Below are positions 54,206 through 63,547 of a stretch of 64,000 nt of DNA, one piece after another. Under the pieces are notes generated by a model, which saw only the letters and a list, made by a program, of their open reading frames with translations, had not been told where the DNA came from and did no database searches. The DNA is taken from the NCBI GenBank assembly GCA_963789395.1, contig CAWBKP010000012.1, forward strand, positions 32,001 through 96,000, given 5' to 3'. The stretch comes from an uncultured delta proteobacterium (GTDB lineage Bacteria > Desulfobacterota > Desulfobacteria > Desulfobacterales > Desulfatirhabdiaceae). Positions within the stretch are counted from its first letter, which is position 1; each line of letters starts with the position of its first letter. The position numbers were made by a program, and so were the translations under genes.

Positions 54206-54337
54206 ACGCGCGCGACAAGTCATGAACAAACCGTTGACGAGTCTCCTTGACTAAGTCTACATGGTCTCGCCGGGGCCGGCTGGGAGTGACGCACGAAACC
54301 AACCGCTTTTCTCGCAGATCCGCCCCAGGAGAAAAAC

Positions 54338-54376
54338 TTGACAATATGCCCTTTAATATGTACATTGCAGCGTACA
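54338..54376 (+). promoter_or_regulatory. Sigma70 promoter with Phd/YefM-type operator
   Basis: TTGACA-N17-TACATT; TGTACA and CGTACA 12 bp apart. Confidence 0.7.
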
Positions 54377-54393
54377 CTTAAGGAGATACCTTT

Positions 54394-54627
54394 ATGAAAA
54401 CAGTTACATGTACCGATTTTAGAAAAAAAGCTTCTGAATTTATAACAGAGGTGGAACATGGTGAAACGATCGTTCTGTTACGCCGTGGAAAGCCTATTGC
54501 CGAGGTAATTCCATTCACGGACCGGCATCAGCGAGCGCCGTCCTGGAAACGCCCGGGAATTGCCCTGCAAATTCAGGGGAGCGACCTTTCATCCGCCATT
54601 TTAAAAGAACGCGAGTCTGAACCGTGA
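54394..54627 (+). CDS. Phd/YefM family antitoxin (VapB role)
   Basis: MKTV...FR...S.....VE.GE.....RRGKPIA. Confidence 0.9.
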   Translation: MKTVTCTDFRKKASEFITEVEHGETIVLLRRGKPIAEVIPFTDRHQRAPSWKRPGIALQIQGSDLSSAILKERESEP

Positions 54628-55043
54628 AACTTGTTTTGGATTCATCAGCGTTTGCCAAAAGATATATCCTCGAAGACGGCAGTGAAATAGTGGATCAGCT
54701 TCTTCAGGATGCATCACAATTGGCTCTTTGTGTTATTCTGGTGCCGGAAATCATTTCCGGGCTGAATCGAAGACTGCGTGAGCAGGTCTTGTCGCCGGAT
54801 GATTATCGCTATGCAAAAAAACAGCTTTTGAATGATGTTCACGATGCGGTTTTAATTCAAGTTACCCCTGCCGTCATCTCCAGGACTGTAAAACTCCTGG
54901 AGAATAATGCCTTGCGCGCCATGGACGCACTGCATGTTGCTTGTGCGCTGGAGTGGCAGGCAGAACTCTTTGTCAGTGCAGACAAAAGACAGGTGGAAGC
55001 TGCAAAGAATGCCGGGCTGCATTCGAAATACATCGGCCTGTAA
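54624..55043 (+). CDS. vapC: PIN-domain VapC toxin
   Basis: LDSSAFAKRY..E, LRAMDALHVA, FVSAD. Confidence 0.9.
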   Translation: MKLVLDSSAFAKRYILEDGSEIVDQLLQDASQLALCVILVPEIISGLNRRLREQVLSPDDYRYAKKQLLNDVHDAVLIQVTPAVISRTVKLLENNALRAMDALHVACALEWQAELFVSADKRQVEAAKNAGLHSKYIGL

Positions 55044-55223
55044 AGTTTCTGGCATCCGCAGATGCAGGTGGCCAGCCTGGATCACGCAATGTGGTTCCAC
55101 AGGGATTTACTTGCATGATATACAGAAAATATTTTAATTGCCGCAAATGTCTTGTCAAGTACTATTCCATAATATATTGAAAGGTTGGAATGAGATAGGG
55201 GATTACATGATCTGAACGGCCAG

Positions 55224-55283
55224 GCCCATCAATCCATATCGAGCAGACGCGCCAACCGCGCGCTCCTCATCCGGGCGTTATAC
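55224..55283 (+). other. Degenerate attC-like site
   Basis: GCCCATC-N5-ATATCGAG..GCGC / GCGC..CTCAT-N6-GTTATAC, extra base in the left arm. Confidence 0.55.
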
Positions 55284-55309
55284 GCATAGAAACAAAGGAC
55301 TGAGCACTG

Positions 55310-55877
55310 ATGGCAAACAATAACGGGAACGGGAAATCCCTCGAATCCTGGATCTGGGACGCCGCCTGTTCTATTCGGGGAGCCAAGGACGCGCCAAATA
55401 CAAGGATTACATCCTCCCGCTGATCTTCACCAAGCGCCTCTGCGACGTCTTCGACGACGAGCTGAACCGCATTGCAGCCGAGGTCGGTTCGCGCAAGAAG
55501 GCCTTCCAGCTCGCCAGGGCCGACCAAAAGCTCGTCCGCTTCTACCTTCCCCGGCCGAAACACTGGCCAAGCTGCTTGGCGAGGTGGAGGCGAACGAGGC
55601 CCGCAAAAAAGAACAGGCTGCCAAAGGAATCGACGGTTTGACGTATTTCGTCTACCGCATGCTGGAGGATGCAAAGATCGGGAACGCCGAGGCCGTCAGT
55701 CGCAGGATCCGGGAGGCCTTTGTCGAAACGCCGAACTGGAAATGCAGCGACGGCCAGCTTCGGGAGCTGCGCAAGAAGGTTACTTTTTCCATTTTTGCGG
55801 AATGTGACGACCTCGACGCGGTAACCACATTGGTGAACAATCTGTTCCGCGTCCTTGAAAAGGCAGAGCGGATTTAA
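55310..55877 (+). pseudogene. Type I RM remnant: hsdM 5' end fused near 55551 to hsdR 3' end
   Basis: SLESWIWDAACSIRGAKDAP/KYKDYILPLIFTKRLCDVFDDE (HsdM N-domain, 1-nt deletion near 55395), then RKKEQAAKG.DGLTYFVY...PNW...LRELRKKVTF (HsdR-type tail). Confidence 0.8.
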
Positions 55878-55880
55878 TTT

Positions 55881-56210
55881 ATGGGCAATCCAGATACAAA
55901 GGCGGCGTTCAAGGAGCGGGTAGGCCATTGGGGCGGTAAACTCGATGTGGATGTCGTTTGGCTCGGGGTGCGGCCGATGAAAAACAAATGGGCCTCGTGC
56001 TCCACCAGCGGCCACCTGAACTTCAACGCCGATCTGCTCAACCTGAAAACCGAGCTGTGGGACTATGTCATTGTCCACGAGCTGCTTCACTTCTTTATTC
56101 CAAATCATGGAAAATTATGGAAGAGCCTGATGCGCGCCCACCTGGGCGAGTATGAGGCTTATGAAGCAGAGTTAAAGCAGATAGCGCACTGTTGTCGAAT
56201 ATTGGCATGA
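55881..56210 (+). CDS. Short YgjP/DUF45 (M48-like) zinc hydrolase
   Basis: MKNKWASCS, DYVIVHELLH..IPNH; family commonly follows hsdR. Confidence 0.85.
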   Translation: MGNPDTKAAFKERVGHWGGKLDVDVVWLGVRPMKNKWASCSTSGHLNFNADLLNLKTELWDYVIVHELLHFFIPNHGKLWKSLMRAHLGEYEAYEAELKQIAHCCRILA

Positions 56211-56277
56211 ATACTCCGGTAATCAGCTGATTTTTGCAATATTGCTAATTCATATATGAATATGAAGGATACCCGGC

Positions 56278-59271
56278 GTGATACAAGACGACATGGCTTC
56301 TTTTGAAAATCTGTTCGTGAAGTATCAAAACTTGCTAACCGAAAACAGCAATTTGAAAGAAGAAATCAGAATCCTAAAGGCTCGTCTGGACGGTGTGGAT
56401 CCGGGGATTTCGGTTGGCGAAAGCTCAGAGCAATGGGGTGAACCGGAGACGCCCCTTCATCAATCCGAAGCTAATGTTTCGCCGGCCGATATCAGCAATA
56501 AGTCCGACAGTGTTGAAAAGATCAAACTCTTCATGTCGCGCTTCAAGGGCCGGGATGATGTATACGCAAGGAGGTGGGAAAACAAAAAGAAGGGCACATC
56601 CGGCTATTCACCTTCCTGTGTGAATGAATGGAAGCCCGGCGTTTGCGCCAAACCGAAGGGGTCTTGTGCCGGTTGCACTCATAAGGAATATGCCGCTTTG
56701 GATGAAGCGGTCATCGATCAACATCTGCGGGGGAAAATTGTCGCCGGAATATACCCAATGGGACTAGACGACACCTGCTGGTTTTTAGGCGTTGATTTTG
56801 ATAAGGGAGAATGGCGAAAGGATATCTCGGCTCTGAGAGATGTGTGTGCCGAATTCGAAATCCCCGTTGCCGTTGAACGGTCTCGTTCCGGGAATGGCGC
56901 ACACGCCTGGTTTTTCTTTGAAAGACAACTCCCTGCAGCGCTTGCCAGAAAATTCGGGGCTTCCTTGATTACCTACACCATGAACAAGCGGCACGAAATC
57001 ACATTCAAGTCATATGACCGATTCTTCCCCAATCAAGACACGTTGCCAAAGGGCGGGCTGGGAAATCTGATCGCGCTCCCTCTGCAAAAAGAAGCGAGAA
57101 AGCTTAATAACAGTGAATTCATAGACGAAAACCTCGTCGCGTATGAAGACCAATGGTCGTTTTTAGGCTCTGTCCGAAAACTGTCTGACGATGAGGTGGA
57201 AAGGCACATATCAAGACTATCCGGCGGCAACGAATTGGGGGTTTTGAGGATAGATGAAGAGGAGGCGCCAAAGCCATGGGAATCGGTCAAGATCAAGTTG
57301 ACGGAAACCGATTTTCCACGACAGATCGAGATTGTAAAGGCGAACATGCTATATGTTCCAAAGACCGGCTTCTCTCAGCGGGGACTGAATCGGCTGAAGC
57401 GTCTTGCTGCCTTTAAAAATCCGGAGTTTTATAAAGCTCAGGCGATGCGCTTATCTACCTACGGAAAGTCGAGAATTATCGCGTGCGCCGATGAAACCCC
57501 TGATTATCTCATGCTACCCAGAGGGTGTGAGACGGACCTTAACGCGATCTTTTCCGAATATGGAACCGAAATCATCTGTATTGACCATACCTCTTGCGGT
57601 CGAAAAATCGATATCGATTTCAGCGGCACCCTGAGGGATGAGCAATCCATCGCCATCGACAAATTGCTCAACCATAACATCGGTGTTCTCTCCGGGACGA
57701 CCGCTTTCGGTAAAACGGTTGTGGCCATCAAACTGATTGCCGAAAGAAAAGTAAACACGCTGATCATTGTCAACCGAACCAGCCTGGTCTCCCAGTGGAC
57801 AAAGCGATTGATGGAATTCCTTGCCATTCATGAGACATTGGCGGCATCCGATACCGATGGTGAAAAGAAAAGAGGAAGAAAGAAAGTCAGATCCATTATC
57901 GGGCAACTGGGACAGGGAAAGAACATTCTTGGCGGCATTATCGACATAGCACTCATGCAGTCGCTCGGCAGAATAGGTGAGATAAAGGAACTCTTGAAGG
58001 ATTACGGCATGATCATCGTCGATGAATGTCACCATGTGGCGGCCTTCAGCTTCGAGAATATCCTCAAGAACGCGACTGCCAAATATGTATACGGGTTGAC
58101 CGCGACCCCCACTCGGAAGGATGGTCATCATCCAATCATTTTCATGCAGTGCGGTCCCATAAGGTACCGGGACGATGCAAAAAAACAGGCTGAAAAACGG
58201 CCTTTTGCGCATTATGTGATTCCAAGGTTTACCCCGTTTCGGGTTCCGATGGATAAAGATGAAAAAGATGTCTCCATCCAGGAGCACTACAGGGAAATAG
58301 CGGTAAACGAAATGCGCAATCGACTGATTTTCGATGATGTGACCCAGTGCTATGAGAACGGCAGGAATTGCCTCATTTTGACGGAAAGAACCGCCCATGT
58401 GGCCCTCCTCGCCGAGAGTCTGAAGAAGCGAATTCCCGGCGTGATGGCGCTAACCGGAGGACGGGGAGCGAAAGAAAGCGGAGAGATCTTTAAACAAATA
58501 GCCGATACCCCTCATGACGAGCAATTGACACTAATCGCCACTGGCAGGTACATCGGGGAAGGGTTTGATGCGCCGCGTCTCGATACCCTCTTCCTGACCA
58601 TGCCGATATCATGGAAAGGCACGCTGCAGCAGTATGCGGGGAGGCTCCACAGATTGTTTGACGGAAAGAAAGAGGTGCTGATCTACGATTATGTGGATGT
58701 TCACGTGAGAATGCTCGAAAAGATGTATCATAAGCGTCTCAACGGATATGCCGCCATCGGCTACAAGGCAAAAGGCGGGTTTACGGTACCCGATTCGATC
58801 GATATCATTTTTAACAGAAGCAATTTCTCTCCGGTTTACGTGAATGATATCCTATCGGCTGAAAGAGAGATCCTGATAGCAAGCCCCTTTGTTACACGAA
58901 AACGCACCGTAGAGATGATGCAAATCATAGAGGCCGCTTTACGGAAAGGGGTAAGTGTAACCGTGATGACGAGGCCTTCGCAGGATTACGGAGCAAAAGA
59001 TACGGCTATGCTGCAAGAAACTCTGGATTTATTGCAGGGCTCCGGTGTGCGTATGGTATGTCGCTCGAACATCCATCAGAAATTCGCGATAATCGATCAA
59101 AGGATCGTATGGTATGGGAGTATCAACCTGTTGAGCTTCGGCAATGCGGAAGAAAGCATTATGAGGCTCGAAAGCCCGAATATCGCCTGTGAACTGATAA
59201 AAAGCCTGGAACGGACCGGAACGAGTGCAAAGGGGAGTCAGGGATGTTCCTCGGATATTCGGATTTTGTGA
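56278..59271 (+). CDS. AEP primase (TOTE-type) - SF2 helicase - PLD nuclease fusion
   Basis: Cys cluster, VDFD, ERSRSGNGAH, GNLIALPL; TAFGKT, DECHH, TAT, GEGFD, QYAGRLHR; ASPF, HQKFAIID...GSIN. Confidence 0.88.
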   Translation: MIQDDMASFENLFVKYQNLLTENSNLKEEIRILKARLDGVDPGISVGESSEQWGEPETPLHQSEANVSPADISNKSDSVEKIKLFMSRFKGRDDVYARRWENKKKGTSGYSPSCVNEWKPGVCAKPKGSCAGCTHKEYAALDEAVIDQHLRGKIVAGIYPMGLDDTCWFLGVDFDKGEWRKDISALRDVCAEFEIPVAVERSRSGNGAHAWFFFERQLPAALARKFGASLITYTMNKRHEITFKSYDRFFPNQDTLPKGGLGNLIALPLQKEARKLNNSEFIDENLVAYEDQWSFLGSVRKLSDDEVERHISRLSGGNELGVLRIDEEEAPKPWESVKIKLTETDFPRQIEIVKANMLYVPKTGFSQRGLNRLKRLAAFKNPEFYKAQAMRLSTYGKSRIIACADETPDYLMLPRGCETDLNAIFSEYGTEIICIDHTSCGRKIDIDFSGTLRDEQSIAIDKLLNHNIGVLSGTTAFGKTVVAIKLIAERKVNTLIIVNRTSLVSQWTKRLMEFLAIHETLAASDTDGEKKRGRKKVRSIIGQLGQGKNILGGIIDIALMQSLGRIGEIKELLKDYGMIIVDECHHVAAFSFENILKNATAKYVYGLTATPTRKDGHHPIIFMQCGPIRYRDDAKKQAEKRPFAHYVIPRFTPFRVPMDKDEKDVSIQEHYREIAVNEMRNRLIFDDVTQCYENGRNCLILTERTAHVALLAESLKKRIPGVMALTGGRGAKESGEIFKQIADTPHDEQLTLIATGRYIGEGFDAPRLDTLFLTMPISWKGTLQQYAGRLHRLFDGKKEVLIYDYVDVHVRMLEKMYHKRLNGYAAIGYKAKGGFTVPDSIDIIFNRSNFSPVYVNDILSAEREILIASPFVTRKRTVEMMQIIEAALRKGVSVTVMTRPSQDYGAKDTAMLQETLDLLQGSGVRMVCRSNIHQKFAIIDQRIVWYGSINLLSFGNAEESIMRLESPNIACELIKSLERTGTSAKGSQGCSSDIRIL

Positions 59272-59309
59272 CTTTGTGAAAGTTCTTCAGATTATAAGTT
59301 TCTTGATTT

Positions 59310-59360
59310 TTCCAACCAGTCGTTCCAGCGGATAAACCGCTGAACTAATTCATGTTATAG
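59310..59360 (+). other. attC-like site
   Basis: TTCCAAC-N5-GTTCCAGCGG ATAAA CCGCTGAAC-N8-GTTATAG, one extra C in the left arm. Confidence 0.6.
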
Positions 59361-59536
59361 CCCTGTAATTCCGGGGACATCCATGATAAGTATTGTCAAG
59401 ATAAAAATAATACTTATCCTCCCCAACCCCAACTTCACATCTGTCCGGCGGTAAAATATTTCTTCACAGGTGCTTTACGCCTCACCATATTGGGGGGGCT
59501 TTTCTATAACGTGTCAAAAAGACCGGAATCTTTATT

Positions 59537-60250
59537 TCAAACACATCGAACCACTTCAGCGATAGCCTTCATGCGTTCAATGATCAACAGCAGTCGGTCT
59601 TGGCTGGCAGTGTCGGGAGGGAGATACCCCGGCAATGCGTCTAAAAAATTTATATCCTGTAACAGCTCCAGGAAGTAATCTCCGATATAACAGCGCAGAT
59701 CCGGTTCAGCTTTTCTGACCTCTATAACTACTTCGGCCCTTCCATCTAGAACAGCCACTAAATCTTCAATATCATAGCTTAAATGAAAATCCCCCTTGCC
59801 ACGGTAATTGAAAGCCTCGATCTTGGTAGCCAGGAAATAGGGCGCTGGTAACAACCGAATTCGTTTGCCCGATGGTAGTGTGGCCCAGTTTGCCGCACGA
59901 AATGCTTTAGCAAACCAACGGTTTCCAAATCCCAATACTGCCGGATCTGTGGGCATAACGTCCAAAACAAGCAATTCAGTTCTCCATCTACAGATTGGTG
60001 CTCCTGGTCTTGAATCCTCGGTCAAGCCGAGTTGTCGCAGTTTGTCAGTGAAACGGTAGTACTCTACGAGACTGGCAACCTCGACGATAAAGTCGACATC
60101 CAGCGTGACCCGAAAAAGCGGGGCTGCGGAATCTGTCACCAGCAGTCCTGTGGTGCAGCCTCCAAGGAATACAACATCATCGGCCAATGGGCCAAGGAGC
60201 TTTACGGCTGTTTCAAGAATTTCAAGGTTCGGATTGTAACTTGCCGGCAT
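59537..60250 (-). CDS. Putative nucleotidyltransferase (AbiEii-like)
   Basis: VFLGG, T.DVDF, DVMP, TKIEAF..RG, DIEDL. Confidence 0.7.
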   Translation of the reverse strand: MPASYNPNLEILETAVKLLGPLADDVVFLGGCTTGLLVTDSAAPLFRVTLDVDFIVEVASLVEYYRFTDKLRQLGLTEDSRPGAPICRWRTELLVLDVMPTDPAVLGFGNRWFAKAFRAANWATLPSGKRIRLLPAPYFLATKIEAFNYRGKGDFHLSYDIEDLVAVLDGRAEVVIEVRKAEPDLRCYIGDYFLELLQDINFLDALPGYLPPDTASQDRLLLIIERMKAIAEVVRCV

Positions 60251-60764
60251 ATTCGCCTAACCTTGTTTGTATTTCCTTGGAAGCCACATCTCTTTCCCTG
60301 GCGCGTCCGCCGCGAATCGCATCGACAAGCACGAGCAGTTCGTAGAGACGACCATCTTCGCGTGCTGCTTTGGGTACTGATTTGTACAGCGGTGAAAATG
60401 CCTGGCCACGGACATCTCCATCCGGGTCAGGCCAGACCGGCGGCGGTTCGTCAATTTTGGCGAAATGCTTTACAAGCGGCTCTGCCGCATAGCCCGTCGG
60501 CATTCCCCGGGTCAGCTCACCAAGGTCAGGCACAAAAATGTACTTGAGTCCATGAATCAAAAACTCCTCGAAGTTTCGAACATTGGGTCTGGCGTGATTC
60601 CGGCGCATGACAGCCAGGTGTGCTTTCAAAGCACGTTTGATTCCGGCATGAACTTCCGCTGGACTCATGCCCAAGGACACAGCGATCCGGTTGTACGACC
60701 AGGATTCATCGTCAATTGTCATCAGTTTTAGCAGGACGAGAACATCCTGAGCCTTGAGAACCAT
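60222..60764 (-). CDS. Winged-HTH protein, putative antitoxin/regulator of the downstream nucleotidyltransferase
   Basis: LKAQDVLVLLKL, SYNRIA..LGMS.AEVH..IKR HTH; HGLKY.F, PVWP, PLY.SVP; RBS GAGGAG; overlaps the partner gene. Confidence 0.7.
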   Translation of the reverse strand: MVLKAQDVLVLLKLMTIDDESWSYNRIAVSLGMSPAEVHAGIKRALKAHLAVMRRNHARPNVRNFEEFLIHGLKYIFVPDLGELTRGMPTGYAAEPLVKHFAKIDEPPPVWPDPDGDVRGQAFSPLYKSVPKAAREDGRLYELLVLVDAIRGGRARERDVASKEIQTRLGEYAGKLQSEP

Positions 60765-60770
60765 GTTATC

Positions 60771-60832
60771 TCCTCGCATTCTTTATTCGCGAATCACGAA
60801 TGCGAGGATAGCCAAATGGCTTTTTCGAGTCA
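60771..60832 (-). promoter_or_regulatory. Promoter and palindromic operator of the HTH-NTase operon
   Basis: Minus-strand TTGACT-N17-TATCCT; 11-bp IR TCCTCGCATTC / GAATGCGAGGA (60771-60808). Confidence 0.65.
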
Positions 60833-60993
60833 AGAAAAAAAGTGTGCTGATAGGGAAGGTGATCAACCCAAAATGATATGACGATGCCCTTTTTTGTTAA
60901 AAATTGACATGCATGATCACAGCGTCGCTATGCGGCCTGAAAAATGTCGACCTGATGGCCGAATTCGGCGGCGGGTCGGGTTTTACTCATTAA

Positions 60994-61051
60994 ATCGTTA
61001 TTTATGACGATAAATTGCATAAATTCATTGTAGATCGTCATATTTTACGAT
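60994..61051 (+). promoter_or_regulatory. Two 18-bp palindromic operators upstream of hipBA
   Basis: ATCGTTATTTATGACGAT and ATCGTCATATTTTACGAT, 40 bp apart. Confidence 0.7.
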
Positions 61052-61078
61052 ATATAACCTCCTATTAAAGGAGGATTA

Positions 61079-61429
61079 TTGGTGAAGATTGAAGGATTAT
61101 TGACCGACGAGGCGATTCTGGCGGAGCTGGGCGGGCGCCTTGCGCAGCGTCGGCTGGAACTTCAGCTTACGCAAGAGATGCTGGCGGAACAGGCGGGCTT
61201 ATCGAAGCGGACGGTAGAGCGTATCGAGGCCGGGGCCACGACGCAAATGTCGACGTTGATCCGGATTCTGCGGGTATTGGAGCTGTTGGATCGGCTGGAA
61301 ACACTGGCGCCGGAGGCCGGGCCGCGTCCGATGGACCTGGTCAGGCTGAAGGGCAAGGCGCGCAAGCGGGCCAGCGGCAAGAGAAAGTCTACGGACAAGG
61401 AGCCGTGGCGGTGGGGTGACGAAACGTGA
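61079..61429 (+). CDS. hipB: XRE/HipB-like HTH antitoxin
   Basis: LTQ..LAEQAGLSKRTVERIEAG; C-terminal Trp residues; overlaps hipA. Confidence 0.85.
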   Translation: MVKIEGLLTDEAILAELGGRLAQRRLELQLTQEMLAEQAGLSKRTVERIEAGATTQMSTLIRILRVLELLDRLETLAPEAGPRPMDLVRLKGKARKRASGKRKSTDKEPWRWGDET

Positions 61430-62733
61430 GCACGACGGCGAAGGTAAACCTGTGGGGTCGCACGATCGGCGCGGTGTCGCTGGAAGACGGGGCCGCGGCC
61501 GCGACGTTTGAATATGACCCGGCGTTTATCAGGAGCGGCATCGAGGTGGCCCCGCTGATGATGCCGCTATCCGGCCGGCTCTACGCCTTTCCGTCGCTGC
61601 GACCGGAAACCTTCCACGGTCTGCCGGGGCTTTTGGCGGATTCTTTGCCGGACCGGTTCGGCAATGCGTTGATCGATGCCTGGCTTGCCCGGTCCGGACG
61701 CATGCCGGAATCGTTCAATGCGGTGGAGCGCCTCTGTTATACGGGGTCGCGCGGCATGGGTGCGCTGGAGTATGCGCCGGCAATCCGATTGGCCGGACCC
61801 GGCGCCTTCCGTATCGAAGTCGACAAGCTGGTAGCGCTGGCTTCGGAGGTTTTGACCCATCGCAACAACCTGCAGGGCTGGCTTAACGGGGAGGGGAAGA
61901 AATCGGCACTGCGGGAGATTCTGCGGGTCGGTACTTCCGCGGGCGGGGCGCGAGCCAAGGCGGTGATCGCCTGGAATCCGGAAACGAACGAAGTCCGATC
62001 CGGGCAGGTGAAGGCAGGCAGCGGGTTTGAATACTGGCTGATGAAGTTCGACGGGGTCAGCGGCAACAAGGATAAGGAGCTGGAGGACCCGAAGGGATAC
62101 GGTGCGATTGAGTATGCTTATTACAGGATGGCGGCAGATGCGGGAATCACCATGGGTCCGTGCCGCCTGTTCGAGGAGAACGGGCGCCGCCATTTCATGA
62201 CGAAGCGGTTCGACCGGTTGGATGACGGCGGCAAGCTGCACATGCAGTCGCTTTGCGGGATGGCGCATTATGATTTCAACCAGGCAGGCGCATACGGCTA
62301 CGAGCAGGCATTGCAGGTAATCCGACGGCTGGGGTTGCCGATGGCTGCCATCGAGGAGCAGTTCCGGCGGATGGTTTTCAACATCGTGGCCCGTAACCAG
62401 GATGATCACGTAAAGAACATTGCCTTCCTGATGGACCGGTCGGGAAACTGGTCACTCTCACCCGCGTTTGACATGACCTACAGCTATCAACCGGGCGGTA
62501 AATGGACATCGCTTCATCAAATGACGATGAACGGCAAGCGGAGCGGATTTACTCTGGAGGATTTCAAAGCGTGTGCAAACAGCGCTTCGATGAAGCGCGG
62601 GCGTGCGGAAACGATCGTTGATGAAGTGAGGGCTGTTGTTGCGCGATGGCGGGACTATGCGGATGCGTTGCGCGTAAATCCGGCGCAGCGGGACAAGATA
62701 CAAGCTGCCCTGAGACTGAAACCTTTTCAATGA
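61426..62733 (+). CDS. hipA: HipA family Ser/Thr kinase toxin
   Basis: [36 protein letters not shown]. Confidence 0.92.
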   Translation: MSTTAKVNLWGRTIGAVSLEDGAAAATFEYDPAFIRSGIEVAPLMMPLSGRLYAFPSLRPETFHGLPGLLADSLPDRFGNALIDAWLARSGRMPESFNAVERLCYTGSRGMGALEYAPAIRLAGPGAFRIEVDKLVALASEVLTHRNNLQGWLNGEGKKSALREILRVGTSAGGARAKAVIAWNPETNEVRSGQVKAGSGFEYWLMKFDGVSGNKDKELEDPKGYGAIEYAYYRMAADAGITMGPCRLFEENGRRHFMTKRFDRLDDGGKLHMQSLCGMAHYDFNQAGAYGYEQALQVIRRLGLPMAAIEEQFRRMVFNIVARNQDDHVKNIAFLMDRSGNWSLSPAFDMTYSYQPGGKWTSLHQMTMNGKRSGFTLEDFKACANSASMKRGRAETIVDEVRAVVARWRDYADALRVNPAQRDKIQAALRLKPFQ

Positions 62734-62759
62734 AGAATTCGGAATTAGGAGATTTTATT

Positions 62760-63482
62760 GTGGTTGAATCCAAAGTCGCTGTGGTCACGGGCGGAGCGCA
62801 GGGCATCGGCAAGGCGATATGTGATGCTTTTGTCAAACGGGGTGTTTCCGTCTGCGCCATTGATCTGCAAGATAACGACTACTTTGTCGGAGACATTGCC
62901 GACGAAAAGGTGCTTAGAGCCTTTGCATCCAAGGTGATTTCAGATTATGGCGCCATTGACTATCTGATCAACAATGCATGCCTGTCGCGGGGCGGTCTTG
63001 AGACATGTTCCTATGAAGATTTTAATTACGTATTGCGGGTTGGAATTACAGCTCCCTTTCTTTTAACCCAGTTGTTTTGTGATCATTTGAACACGCCGGC
63101 AAGCATTGTGAATATTTCTTCCACCCGCCATCTGATGAGCCAGGCCGATACCGAAAGCTATACAGCCGCCAAGGGCGGCATCACCGCCCTGACCCATGCA
63201 ATGGCCATTACGCTGGCTGGAAAAGCACGGGTGAATTCCATTTCCCCGGGCTGGATCGACACCACCAACACGCAATTCGACGGCCCCGATGCAAGTCAGC
63301 ACCCTGTGGGTCGCGTGGGCGCTCCTTCAGACATTGTCCATGCCGTTATGTTCTTGTGCGATCCCCAAAGCAGTTTCATTACCGGACAGAACATCACCGT
63401 AGACGGCGGCATGACAAAACTGATGGTCTATCACAACGATTTTGGATGGACTTATCAATCAGAAACAAAATACCAACAATAA
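62760..63482 (+). CDS. Short-chain dehydrogenase/reductase
   Basis: [30 protein letters not shown]. Confidence 0.92.
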   Translation: MVESKVAVVTGGAQGIGKAICDAFVKRGVSVCAIDLQDNDYFVGDIADEKVLRAFASKVISDYGAIDYLINNACLSRGGLETCSYEDFNYVLRVGITAPFLLTQLFCDHLNTPASIVNISSTRHLMSQADTESYTAAKGGITALTHAMAITLAGKARVNSISPGWIDTTNTQFDGPDASQHPVGRVGAPSDIVHAVMFLCDPQSSFITGQNITVDGGMTKLMVYHNDFGWTYQSETKYQQ

Positions 63483-63518
63483 AATGCACCGGATATCCCG
63501 GTGATTTTCATGGTCGGG
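63471..63518 (+). other. Degenerate attC-like site overlapping the SDR stop codon
   Basis: TACCAAC-N5-AATGCACCGG ATATC CCGGTGAT-N6-GGTCGGG; one extra base; core GGT instead of GTT. Confidence 0.5.
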
Positions 63519-63547
63519 CCCTTTGAAAATACAGAGAGGAGAGCACG

